Shown here: positions 45,211 through 54,315 of the stretch, piece by piece
Position numbering within the stretch: position 1 is the stretch's first letter
How the letters are laid out: every line of letters starts with the position of its first letter
Assembly (NCBI GenBank): GCA_003602475.1
Contig: QQSC01000043.1
Coordinates: 20,984 to 84,983 of the forward strand
Origin: Candidatus Poseidoniales archaeon
Lineage (GTDB): Archaea; Thermoplasmatota; Poseidoniia; Poseidoniales; Poseidoniaceae
Reading direction: 5' to 3'
DNA length: 64,000 bases
Program-made: the position numbers and the translations under genes
Notes under the pieces: model-generated
Database searches by the model: none
The model's input: only the letters and a program-made list of their open reading frames with translations
What the model was told of the DNA's origin: nothing

Positions 45211-46217
45211 GAGGCATCGCTGAACAGGTCTGCACCCAACAACGGGAGCAGCAAACTTGCATCTCCTTCAACGCAGACGTGAGGGGCCTCGGCACGCATC
45301 TTCCCCCACGAGATGGCTTCGCGAAGGCGAGCGCCTGAAAGACTGCCGTCATGTTCGGGTGCGGTCGTGATGTACACGGCGCTGTCAAGACCACCCCTGT
45401 ATTGATTCCACCAAATGACATGGTGCTTGGAAATTCCACCTCCAACCATCAGGGCGTTTGAAGTTTCAACATCCCAGGTAAGATCGCTCATCACCTGTTC
45501 GTCAGCGAGGGTGTCGAGGTGAAAATCACGGTGTTGTTGGCGGAACATGAACAACTGAGCGCCAATGGAACCGTCGGTGATGCCGGGGATGCAAACGGGT
45601 ATGCGGTGTTTGGCAGCCCAATAAATCAATGAATCTGGCGTCCCAATCCTCTCACCCAACTCCCAAACCAAGTGGATTGAGCCAAAGCCCAACCAAGCAT
45701 CTGCACCGGTTTTGCCGGTGCTTTTGAGTCGGTCTTGGTAGATGTCCTCAAGGACGGGCATCACCACGGCTTCTATGATTTCACCGTAGGAGGCGTTGGG
45801 GACGATAACGTTGCCCAAGCGCATCAGAGCATGCTCACTCAACTCCACATCGTCGAGTTCAAACGAACCGTGGTAGTAGTGCTTGAAGGAACGAGCAATG
45901 TCGTGATCAAGTGTGCCGCACGTGGTTGAGACAACGTTGAACATCTTGCGCTTGATGGCTTCAACAAAAAACCCACGTGTTCCCGTAGCGCACAGGCAGG
46001 CGGGAAAGGACAACCAGTTGCTGACACGTGCTGGATCGGCATCAACAGCGTCAATCTCAAGTTTCATTTGAGCCAAAATCTCCCTCGCCTCTGCAAACTT
46101 TGTGGCCGTGAACCCACCTGCGGAGGCCATTTGTTCGATCAAGGCCCGAGGTGTGTTGGCCTTGTTAAAGTCGTAATCAACGACAGGGGCGTCAAAGTCT
46201 TCAGGGTTGACGGGCAT
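45201..46217 (-). CDS. dhs: Deoxyhypusine synthase
   Basis: GGGISKHHVIWWN, TTAPEHDGSLSGARLREAISWGK and STTCGTLDHD. ATG 46217 is preferred over the upstream start at 46280. Confidence 0.88.
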   Translation of the reverse strand: MPVNPEDFDAPVVDYDFNKANTPRALIEQMASAGGFTATKFAEAREILAQMKLEIDAVDADPARVSNWLSFPACLCATGTRGFFVEAIKRKMFNVVSTTCGTLDHDIARSFKHYYHGSFELDDVELSEHALMRLGNVIVPNASYGEIIEAVVMPVLEDIYQDRLKSTGKTGADAWLGFGSIHLVWELGERIGTPDSLIYWAAKHRIPVCIPGITDGSIGAQLFMFRQQHRDFHLDTLADEQVMSDLTWDVETSNALMVGGGISKHHVIWWNQYRGGLDSAVYITTAPEHDGSLSGARLREAISWGKMRAEAPHVCVEGDASLLLPLLGADLFSDASQG

Positions 46218-46330
46218 GGTTGCACCTCGGGCAGGGTATTCATGAAGGTGTTCACCCGGGTTACAGCACATGCACTTCATCCAAACCCAAAGCGTGCAAG
46301 GAGGTCGCTTGCGTTGGCCAACGCGAAACG

Positions 46331-48754
46331 CTAACGTTGTTCAAGTTCGTGAATTCGATCTCGCAATCTTGCCGCTTGCTCGAAATCAAGGGATTTCGCA
46401 GCAAGTTCCATCTCCGATCGGAGTTCTGTGATGAGGTCCTCCACCTCTTCCGAGGTGGGTTGTCCATCAACCGCCCTATCAAACGAATGTTCCAATTGTG
46501 GGTTGGATTTTTCAATTGCTTTTTCTGTTTTTTCGGAGGACGACCATGATCCGGCTCCTAAATTCATCCGTTGAGCCCAATCCCCGTCTTTCCGGCCACC
46601 TTTTTTGGCGATGAGGCGCCGGGAGCCATCCTTGGCGGTGGTGGTTCCCGAGATGGTTTCGTTGGCGGTTTCCCCCATCACCGGGAGGGCTTTCACAATG
46701 GTTGTTGGTGTGATGCCCAAGGCCACGTTGTTGGCGTGTTGTCGCTCTCTACGCTCAAGCGTTTGGCGAATGGCTGCTTCCATGGCCGGAGAAAACCCAT
46801 CGGCGTACAAGAGAACCTTGCCGTTTTGATTTCGTGCCGCCCGACCAATCGTTTGGAGGAGACTTCGTTCGTTTCTCAAGAATCCCTGTCGGTCGGCGTC
46901 AAAGATGGCCACCAGGCTGACCTCGGGAATGTCCAAACCTTCACGCAGAAGGTTGATGCCGACGATGACATCGATGTGACCGTGACGCAACGCGTTGATG
47001 ATTTCGGTTCGTTCAATGGTGTCAATTTCGGAGTGCAAATGATGAGCTTTCACCCCCATTCGGTTGAGGTAAGCCGCCACCTCTTCAGCGAACTTGATGG
47101 TCATGACCGTCACAAGACAGCGTTCTGTGCGTTCAACCCGCTTGTTGATTTCTGACAACAAATCGTTGATTTGACCCGCCGTGGGCCTCACCTCAATTTG
47201 AGGATCGAGAAGACCGGTCGGACGAAGTTCCATTTTTGCAATGCCCTCAATCGATTGGAGCATGTCGTACATGGATTCAGCCTCAGGGTGTTTCTTCGCC
47301 AAATCCGCAGGTCCAGCACCACCGCCAGACGTGGTGTGAAGCAACCCGTTGGGCACCTTTTGGCCAGTTATTTCGCAAAGGTGGCGAAGTTCACGTTCAC
47401 CCGGTGTGGCCGAGACATAGAGCAACTGAGGTACGAGGGATTGAAACTCGGGAAGTTTGAGTGGTCGGTTGTCGGCAGCTGTGGGCAACCTGAAGCCGTA
47501 ATCGATGAGGTTCTCCTTGCGAGCCCTGTCCCCGTGGTACATGCCCCCCACCTGAGGAAGGCTCACGTGGGATTCATCCATGATGACCAAGAATTTTTTT
47601 GGATCTCCATGGAATTGGTTGGCGCAGGCTGAAAAGAAATCCAGCAAGCAGTACGGGCGTTGTCCTCGTTCACGTCCGTCAAAATGGAGTGAGTAGTTTT
47701 CAATGGCTTGACAGTGGCCAATCTCACGCAGCATCTCGAGGTCGTATTCCGTCCGTTGCTCCAGACGGTACCGCTCGAGCGCCTTTCCTTCCTTTGCGAA
47801 CCATTTCAACCGGTCGTTGAGTTCCAACTCAATGGATTCCAGGGCCGCTTCAAAGCGCTCGGGACTGGTCATGAAGAATTCCTTGGGGTGAATCCATGCC
47901 TCGTCCAGGTTGTCAAGGCATTCCCAACTGACAGGGTCACAGATTTGAATTGAAACGATGCCATCGAAGTCAAAAACGATGCGAAGAGGATCGTCTCGGC
48001 TCGGCATCCAAACGTCCACCACCTCACCCCGTACACGGCACTCACCACGCTGCAGATCGGTGGTTGTGCGGCGATACTGAAGCTCAATGAGTTCTCTCAA
48101 GAGATCGCTGGTTTCGATGGCCTGACCTACATGGCAACGCAGGTGAGATTCAAGGAAGGTCTCGGGGGGATTCAATCCATAAATGCAGGAAACCGAAGAG
48201 ACCACCACGCAATCGGGACGGGTCACCAACGAAGCCACGGCAGCAAAACGCTCCTGTTCGATACGCTCGTTGATGCTCAACTCCTTGTCGATGTACAAAT
48301 CTCGTTTGGCCAAGTACGCCTCAGGCTGGTAGTAATCGTAGTGAGAGACGAAGTACTCCACTGCATTCTCTGGGAAATACCCAGCCATTTCATGATGGAG
48401 TTGACGAGCCAGCGTCTTGTTGTGACTCATGATGAGGGTCGGGATGTTGAGGTGTTGGATGATGTGGGCCATGGCAAACGTCTTGCCGCTTCCTGTCACG
48501 CCAAGCATGACGCATCGTTCCTGTCCATTTTCCAATTGGGAAATCAATTGTTCAATTGCCTTTGGCTGGTCACCGGCGGGCTCAAATTCTGCGTGAAGTT
48601 TGAAGCGTTTGACCGAGGGATTCAATTCCTCCAAAACGGCGCCCTCAAGGGCTTTTGAGAGATCAAACGGGTTGCGCTGTGAGAGGTCAACCTCCTTGAG
48701 CACGGCATCGGCGGTCGCTTCAAACGAGCCGTCGTCGTCCCAATCGTTCACCAT
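46331..48754 (-). CDS. uvrB: Excinuclease ABC subunit B
   Basis: GVTGSGKTFAMAHII (Walker A), YFVSHYDYYQPEAY, DESHV, helicase motifs, and the C-terminal UVR motif LDFEQAARLRDRIHELE. At 807 aa it is longer than typical UvrB (N-terminal and pre-UVR extensions). Confidence 0.92.
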   Translation of the reverse strand: MVNDWDDDGSFEATADAVLKEVDLSQRNPFDLSKALEGAVLEELNPSVKRFKLHAEFEPAGDQPKAIEQLISQLENGQERCVMLGVTGSGKTFAMAHIIQHLNIPTLIMSHNKTLARQLHHEMAGYFPENAVEYFVSHYDYYQPEAYLAKRDLYIDKELSINERIEQERFAAVASLVTRPDCVVVSSVSCIYGLNPPETFLESHLRCHVGQAIETSDLLRELIELQYRRTTTDLQRGECRVRGEVVDVWMPSRDDPLRIVFDFDGIVSIQICDPVSWECLDNLDEAWIHPKEFFMTSPERFEAALESIELELNDRLKWFAKEGKALERYRLEQRTEYDLEMLREIGHCQAIENYSLHFDGRERGQRPYCLLDFFSACANQFHGDPKKFLVIMDESHVSLPQVGGMYHGDRARKENLIDYGFRLPTAADNRPLKLPEFQSLVPQLLYVSATPGERELRHLCEITGQKVPNGLLHTTSGGGAGPADLAKKHPEAESMYDMLQSIEGIAKMELRPTGLLDPQIEVRPTAGQINDLLSEINKRVERTERCLVTVMTIKFAEEVAAYLNRMGVKAHHLHSEIDTIERTEIINALRHGHIDVIVGINLLREGLDIPEVSLVAIFDADRQGFLRNERSLLQTIGRAARNQNGKVLLYADGFSPAMEAAIRQTLERRERQHANNVALGITPTTIVKALPVMGETANETISGTTTAKDGSRRLIAKKGGRKDGDWAQRMNLGAGSWSSSEKTEKAIEKSNPQLEHSFDRAVDGQPTSEEVEDLITELRSEMELAAKSLDFEQAARLRDRIHELEQR

Positions 48755-48775
48755 TCAATCACCAGCCAACCAGGG

Positions 48776-49507
48776 TCAGGGCAGATATAGGCCGCCGTTC
48801 ACGTGCAATATGGCGCCCGTGATGTACGAGGAATCCGGCCCAACAAGGAAAGCAACGGTGGACGCCACGTCGCTGGGCGACCCCACCCGTTGAAGGGGGA
48901 CTTCTCGGGTACGTTGTGCTCGTTTCTCAGCTGAGTCGCCTGCAAGCAAGTCCGTGTCAACATAGCCTGGAGCGAGAATGTTCACCCGCTTCCCCTCGGG
49001 ACCCACCGATTGAGCCAGCGAGCGCGCCCAGGCATGAAGGGCTGCTTTTGACGCAGAATAATCAGCGCCATGAGGCGAACCTCGAACGCCAAGTTGCGAG
49101 CCAATCACCACCATCCGAGCCTCCGATGTGAGGTGAGGTTGAACCGCCTTCCATACCGATACAGCCCCTTCGAAATTTGTGGCCATGGTGGTTTCAAGAT
49201 CCTTCAACGTCATTTTATCTCCGGCGATTCGGTTGTAAATGCCGTGGTTGAGAACCAACACGTCGATGCCTCGCGCCATCCAGGGATGCGTACCGAGAAG
49301 GCCAACTTCACCACGATCGCTGCAATCCACCTTGACGGCCAACGCATCATCGCCACGCTCACGAATTTCATCCACAATCATTTCAGCAGGTTTCGAGGAA
49401 CGGTTGTAGGTGAGCAAGACATCGTAACCGTCGGCGGCCAATCGGTCGGAGATGGCTGCACCAATGCCCCTTCCACCACCGGTCACCAAAGCCACAGGTC
49501 GCGACAT
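48776..49507 (-). CDS. Short-chain dehydrogenase/reductase (FabG-like)
   Basis: ALVTGGGRGIGAAI (TGxxxGIG), NHG and the YSASKAAL catalytic YxxxK. ATG at 49507. Confidence 0.85.
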   Translation of the reverse strand: MSRPVALVTGGGRGIGAAISDRLAADGYDVLLTYNRSSKPAEMIVDEIRERGDDALAVKVDCSDRGEVGLLGTHPWMARGIDVLVLNHGIYNRIAGDKMTLKDLETTMATNFEGAVSVWKAVQPHLTSEARMVVIGSQLGVRGSPHGADYSASKAALHAWARSLAQSVGPEGKRVNILAPGYVDTDLLAGDSAEKRAQRTREVPLQRVGSPSDVASTVAFLVGPDSSYITGAILHVNGGLYLP

Positions 49508-49549
49508 GAACCCTCCCCCGTGTTCATCCGTCAAGAACCCATGTGAGGT

Positions 49550-49939
49550 TCAATCATCGGTGCCCGGGAGGAATTGAGCCAATTGTGGAGGTTGCCAGCC
49601 TTCAGGTTTCAGCACCTTTCCGTCCTCACGCCGAATCACCTTTCCATCAACCAATTTGGCCATGTTTGAGCGGTGGACCTCATTGAAGGCATCGTCGTAG
49701 ATGTTCTGCATACCGTGGTTGATGACCGTGCCTGCCAGGATGTAACCGATGTCGGCAAGAGCGTCCAACACCTCCACCAAATCCCCAGAGCGAGCCGCTT
49801 CGGCGTATTCTCGCACTTCTTCTTCCAACAGTTTGATTCGAAGTTCAACAAGCTCCTTTGAGCCTAGACCCGGAGAGTCAAGTTTGGGAATGTCAAAGGC
49901 TTGGTTGAATTCAAGGAGAGAGGCAACGATTGGGTTCAT
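49550..49939 (-). CDS. MazG-like nucleoside triphosphate pyrophosphohydrolase family protein
   Basis: RIKLLEEEVREYAEAARSGDLVEVLDALADIGYILAGT...FNEVHRSNMAKL matches the EExxE...D all-alpha NTP-PPase pattern. ATG at 49939. Confidence 0.7.
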   Translation of the reverse strand: MNPIVASLLEFNQAFDIPKLDSPGLGSKELVELRIKLLEEEVREYAEAARSGDLVEVLDALADIGYILAGTVINHGMQNIYDDAFNEVHRSNMAKLVDGKVIRREDGKVLKPEGWQPPQLAQFLPGTDD

Positions 49940-50041
49940 GATCTGGTGTTCCCAAGTCGGCTCAAGAACCTTCACCACCTTGGAGATGAACCCGCAAAAC
50001 TGGCACGTACAGGCACCCATTGGGCGCACAACAACCACGCA

Positions 50042-50959
50042 TCAGTCCAGTGCGAACTCGGTCGGTTCCACGGCCAACCCGAACACCAGCGCAGCCAGCA
50101 ACACCCAGCCCGTAAGCATGGACACCCGAAAGAGGACCGTTTGGAAGTCAGCAAAGCGATTCATCCGAAGGACAACGAAGATGTTGGCGAGGGCCATCGC
50201 TGCGGCCGCTGCGAGGAACCAGATGCCGTCCATCGGGTCGGAAAGAGCAAAGCAGCCAAACCAGAGAAGTGAGAGTTGGACGGTCGTTCGCGTCGTGGCT
50301 GCGTCGCCAAACGAAGAAGGGAAGGAATGGATGCCTTGTTCACGGTCGCTCTCCACGTCCATCCGTGCGTAGTTGATGTCAAAAGCGGCGATCCACAACG
50401 CAACACCGATGGAGATAGGGAGGATGGTTGGAGCCCACAAGAAGTCGGTGCCGTTTGAGAATTGACCCGTTACGGCAGCCCAACCATGCACGTCGGCGGC
50501 AATGGCAACCCATGCCCCCGCTGGGGCTAAACCCAAACACAAACCCAACCAGAAGTGGCAACCCCAGGTGAAGCGTTTCATGTAGGGATAGACGACGAAG
50601 GTGAGGACGGGTAGCCACGCCATCATCAAGGCAACCCTGTTGAGCAGGCCAGCGCTGGTAAGGAGCATCGCCAGGAACACCGCCGCGAGGGTCCAAGCCG
50701 TTTGCATGCTCATGCTGCCTGAGGCGAGATGGCGCCCCTGCGTGCGGGGGTTTGCAGCGTCGATGTCCCGGTCAATAATACGGTTCAGGGCCATCGCCAG
50801 GCCACGGGCCCCGACTGCAGCCAGCAAAATCCAAAGAAGATCAATGCCGGGGACGATGTTGAACTGACGGATGGCGATAAAATAGCCCATCAGCACGAAC
50901 GGAAGAGAAAACAGGGTGTGTTCGATTTTGATGAACGACAGCACCTGTTTCGCGTCCAT
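50042..50959 (-). CDS. UbiA-family aromatic prenyltransferase
   Basis: NRIIDRDIDAANPRTQGRHLASG (NxxxDxxxD plus the RT..R loop) and a second Asp-rich region AAFDINYARMDVESD. About 8 TM helices. The ATG at 50959 shares one base with the TGA of the upstream UbiD gene (TGATG). Confidence 0.85.
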   Translation of the reverse strand: MDAKQVLSFIKIEHTLFSLPFVLMGYFIAIRQFNIVPGIDLLWILLAAVGARGLAMALNRIIDRDIDAANPRTQGRHLASGSMSMQTAWTLAAVFLAMLLTSAGLLNRVALMMAWLPVLTFVVYPYMKRFTWGCHFWLGLCLGLAPAGAWVAIAADVHGWAAVTGQFSNGTDFLWAPTILPISIGVALWIAAFDINYARMDVESDREQGIHSFPSSFGDAATTRTTVQLSLLWFGCFALSDPMDGIWFLAAAAAMALANIFVVLRMNRFADFQTVLFRVSMLTGWVLLAALVFGLAVEPTEFALD

Positions 50960-52896
50960 CACTCGGGTCCCCCAAAGGAAAGGTGGGGGGGCCATTCGTA
51001 TTTGTTCAGTTCGGGATGAGCGGCCACCTTGGCCAGTGTTGCCTCGTCGTGAAGGGTAATGGCAGGCCAACGTCGAACGCCGTGTTCGTCTGAAGGTATG
51101 GGCGTGGTAGCATCCCAACACAACCGTTCCCTGTTGCTGTCAAAGAACAGGCCACGACCTACATCAAACCTTGAGGTGAGTTGCCACAGCAATCGCCTGC
51201 GTGCTTTAGGAACATCGAGATCCATGTCGTCGTTGGTGATGAACAGCCATCGGAGAGATGACGAAGAATCCAATTGCCAAATTGATTCCTTTAATTGTTT
51301 TATTTTATCTCGACGAGAGGATTCGGATTGATCGTCTGAAGTTGAAGACCCTTCAAGGGGCGTGGGTGTGCCCGGAACGTTGGTGGTGACGACCAACATG
51401 CTGTCACGGAGCATCCTTGCTTGAACAACGTCTTCGATGGCCAAAACCTCGTTGATGCCTGTGAATGCCGGCGCAGGTTCGAGCCCTTGCCTCCATGCAG
51501 GCGTGTCTTGGGAGAAGGAACCCTCGGGTGGTGGCGATGGATGGCGAGGATCGGCCGCAGGAAGTGTCGTGGCGTCGATGAGAAGTTTGGAGTGAACGTT
51601 TTCGTACGGACTTGCGGCTTCAAGTGAATCCGCCACCATGCCTGGCAACACCACAACATCGGTGGTGATGTCCACGTTGTTGTTGAGAACATCAAGGAAG
51701 GCATCCAGGTCCTTTGTATCGTGGTCTTCATCCGTAACGGCCATGATTTTCAAAAACATCATCTGACCGGCGCCCAGAAGGCCAATGCCGGTTTTTCTTG
51801 CTTGCCGAGGATAGCGTTGTTTGGAAGCAGCGATGGCGAGGTTATGGAACCCTGTTTCCAACGGCAGGTGAACCGAACGGACATCGCGATGCTGAAATTG
51901 GAGCACCGGTGAAAATTGACGGCCAATGGCCTCACCGAGGTAACCGTCCTCCATGGGAGGCAATCCGACGATGGTGGCTGGAAGAACGGCGTCCTTCCTG
52001 CAGGTGATGGCGGTCACGTGGAGAACTGGGTATTGACCGGTGAGTGAATAGAACCCAAAGTGGTCTCCAAACGGACCCTCAGTACGGGTTTCTCCTGGGG
52101 TGCAGTATCCCTCGATCACAATGTCAGCTTCAGCCGGGACCATGAGGTCTTGCGTGAGTGCTTTGGTGATGCGCAACGACCGCCGACCCAAGATTCCAGC
52201 GAACTGGTATTCTGAAAGGTTGTCTGGAAGGGGTGAAATGGCAGAGAAGATGAGTTCAGGTGGCCCTCCAATGCAGACCGCTACAGGCATTTTGGCACCT
52301 GGCCCGAGTGCGGCTGCATGGTCCGCTGCATGCTTGTGAATTTGCCAATGCAAGCCCAGGGCCTTGGGGCCGAACACCTGCGCCCTGTACATGCCGAGGT
52401 TGTGCTCTCCGCTTGCAGGGTCCTTGGTGACCACCAACGGGAGGGTCACGAATGGGCCGCCGTCCATGGGCCATGTTTTGGGGATGGGAAGCTTTGTCAG
52501 GTCGAGTGGCAATTGTACACGCTGAGCGTTGCCTTTTCGTTTCTTTCGAGGCGGCATCGCAAAGGCGTCTTGGGCAAGAGGAAGGGCCGTCCAAGGGCGC
52601 TTGACCATCGCCCCGATGTCGGGCTTCATCATGGCCACCATTCGGTCGCCAATGGAGGTCTCGTGGCTGGCTCCGAGGGCTCGCAGGGTGCGGTCGTGCG
52701 AACCGAAGAGGTTCATGACCAGGGGAATGGAGGAAACGGTACCGTCGGCCAACCTTGGCTGTTCAAACACCACGGCTGGACCGTCGTTTTTCACCAGCAA
52801 ATCGGCGATAGCTCCAGCCTCGTAGACGACGTCCACGGGACGGTTGATGCGGATAAGTTCACCTCGTCCTTCGAGGTGGTCCATCCAACGCTTCAT
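50959..52896 (-). CDS. UbiD-family (prenylated-FMN dependent) decarboxylase, long form
   Basis: GELIRINRPVD, PAVVFEQP, MNLFGS..R...ALG, NLGMYRAQV, GGPP and the GPFGDHFGFY pattern are typical of UbiD. It is about 150 aa longer than usual because of C-terminal-half insertions. ATG at 52896. Confidence 0.85.
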   Translation of the reverse strand: MKRWMDHLEGRGELIRINRPVDVVYEAGAIADLLVKNDGPAVVFEQPRLADGTVSSIPLVMNLFGSHDRTLRALGASHETSIGDRMVAMMKPDIGAMVKRPWTALPLAQDAFAMPPRKKRKGNAQRVQLPLDLTKLPIPKTWPMDGGPFVTLPLVVTKDPASGEHNLGMYRAQVFGPKALGLHWQIHKHAADHAAALGPGAKMPVAVCIGGPPELIFSAISPLPDNLSEYQFAGILGRRSLRITKALTQDLMVPAEADIVIEGYCTPGETRTEGPFGDHFGFYSLTGQYPVLHVTAITCRKDAVLPATIVGLPPMEDGYLGEAIGRQFSPVLQFQHRDVRSVHLPLETGFHNLAIAASKQRYPRQARKTGIGLLGAGQMMFLKIMAVTDEDHDTKDLDAFLDVLNNNVDITTDVVVLPGMVADSLEAASPYENVHSKLLIDATTLPAADPRHPSPPPEGSFSQDTPAWRQGLEPAPAFTGINEVLAIEDVVQARMLRDSMLVVTTNVPGTPTPLEGSSTSDDQSESSRRDKIKQLKESIWQLDSSSSLRWLFITNDDMDLDVPKARRRLLWQLTSRFDVGRGLFFDSNRERLCWDATTPIPSDEHGVRRWPAITLHDEATLAKVAAHPELNKYEWPPHLSFGGPE

Positions 52897-52991
52897 CGTC
52901 CTCCATGCCACGCCTCTTCCTGAGGCCACTCAGTTTTGAACCCCCGTATGGAATCGTCCGTTCTCCTTCGTGGACCGCTACCGTTGCCTTC

Positions 52992-54254
52992 ATGGGCTAC
53001 CGCATCCCCCTGTCGGTCGTGAGCGACGACAAGCACTGCGATGTGGTGGTCATCGGGGCTGGCCCCGGAGGCGGTTCAGCGGCGCTTCACATGGCCAGAG
53101 CGGGTCTCTCAACGGTGATTCTGGAAGCGGATCCTGAAGTAGGTACGCCGGTGCATTGTGGCGAGTGCTTGTCGGAACTGGCCGTTCAAAACCTCGGCTT
53201 GGCGATTCCGGACCACGTGAAAGCACTCGATGTCAAAGGCATCAGGGTCGTTTTTCCCGACGGGACAGAGAAGAAACTCACCGAAGAAGGCTACGTCCTC
53301 GAGAAACATCTGTTTGAGCGTTGGTTGGCCGATGAAGCGGTGGCCCAGGGCGCCGAATTGTTGCTCCACCATCGCGTCACTTCAATGGAGCGGGTTTACA
53401 ATAGCGAAAATAAATTCTCCAATTGGAAGATTGATGGTCGGGGTGACGAATTCCCAATGACGTGCAAGGCCATCATTGATGCCTCAGGCGTGTCGGGTGC
53501 AGCCTCGAAAATCCTCGGCATGGGTGGCGATGTGGAGGTCATTGCCGGGTTCCAGTACGAAGTGTTGGACGTTCCCAACGACGGGTACCTCGATTTCTAC
53601 CTCTGGCCAAAGTACTCCCCTCACGGTTATGTTTGGATGATTCCCAAGGAAGGTGGCCGTGCGAACGTCGGCTTGGTGACCACCGACAAAAAAGGCGCCG
53701 TGAAATACCTGCAATCCTTCATTGAAGACACCTACTTGGCTGGAAAACCCACCACAAATCCACCTTGGCGGCCCGAGGGCATCAAGGTTCGGCCGTTTGG
53801 AGGAACCATCCCCATCTCCGGGCCACGCGACACGACGGTTGGTGATGGCATTCTTCTCGTCGGCGACGCTGCAGGTTTCACCTCACCGTTGTTTGAAGGT
53901 GGCACTCATCTGGCCTTGTGGTCCGGTCGAGAGGCCGCCCAAACACTGGCAGGAGCACTCAACGACGGCGATTTGAGCGAGGCTCGCCTCATGAAGTACC
54001 AGGACGCGTGGAAGGCAACGTTTCCGCCCTATGGGAAAATCCTGAAGGGGAAAACCGCCCTGTACAACCTCACGGACAAGGAAATGTCGATCATGGCTCG
54101 CTGCCTTCCTGAAGAACTTGGCAACATGAGTCCGTTGGACAAGTTGTTCATCGGTCTCAAAATACTGGTGCGTAAGCCGGTGTTGTTGACCAAGCGCGTG
54201 ATTCCCGTTCTGCTTTCGTTCGGGTACTCTCGTGCGAAATTCTTCGGATGGTAA
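52992..54254 (+). CDS. Geranylgeranyl reductase-family FAD-dependent oxidoreductase
   Basis: CDVVVIGAGPGGGSAALHMARAGL (GxGxxG), LVGDAAGFTSPLFEGG and an overall GGR-like length. ATG at 52992. Confidence 0.8.
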   Translation: MGYRIPLSVVSDDKHCDVVVIGAGPGGGSAALHMARAGLSTVILEADPEVGTPVHCGECLSELAVQNLGLAIPDHVKALDVKGIRVVFPDGTEKKLTEEGYVLEKHLFERWLADEAVAQGAELLLHHRVTSMERVYNSENKFSNWKIDGRGDEFPMTCKAIIDASGVSGAASKILGMGGDVEVIAGFQYEVLDVPNDGYLDFYLWPKYSPHGYVWMIPKEGGRANVGLVTTDKKGAVKYLQSFIEDTYLAGKPTTNPPWRPEGIKVRPFGGTIPISGPRDTTVGDGILLVGDAAGFTSPLFEGGTHLALWSGREAAQTLAGALNDGDLSEARLMKYQDAWKATFPPYGKILKGKTALYNLTDKEMSIMARCLPEELGNMSPLDKLFIGLKILVRKPVLLTKRVIPVLLSFGYSRAKFFGW

Positions 54255-54315
54255 CCCTCCCCAACCTCACGGGAGTGAAGCAAAACCCTAGAGGGAGGAC
54301 GACCGCCCTACAACC

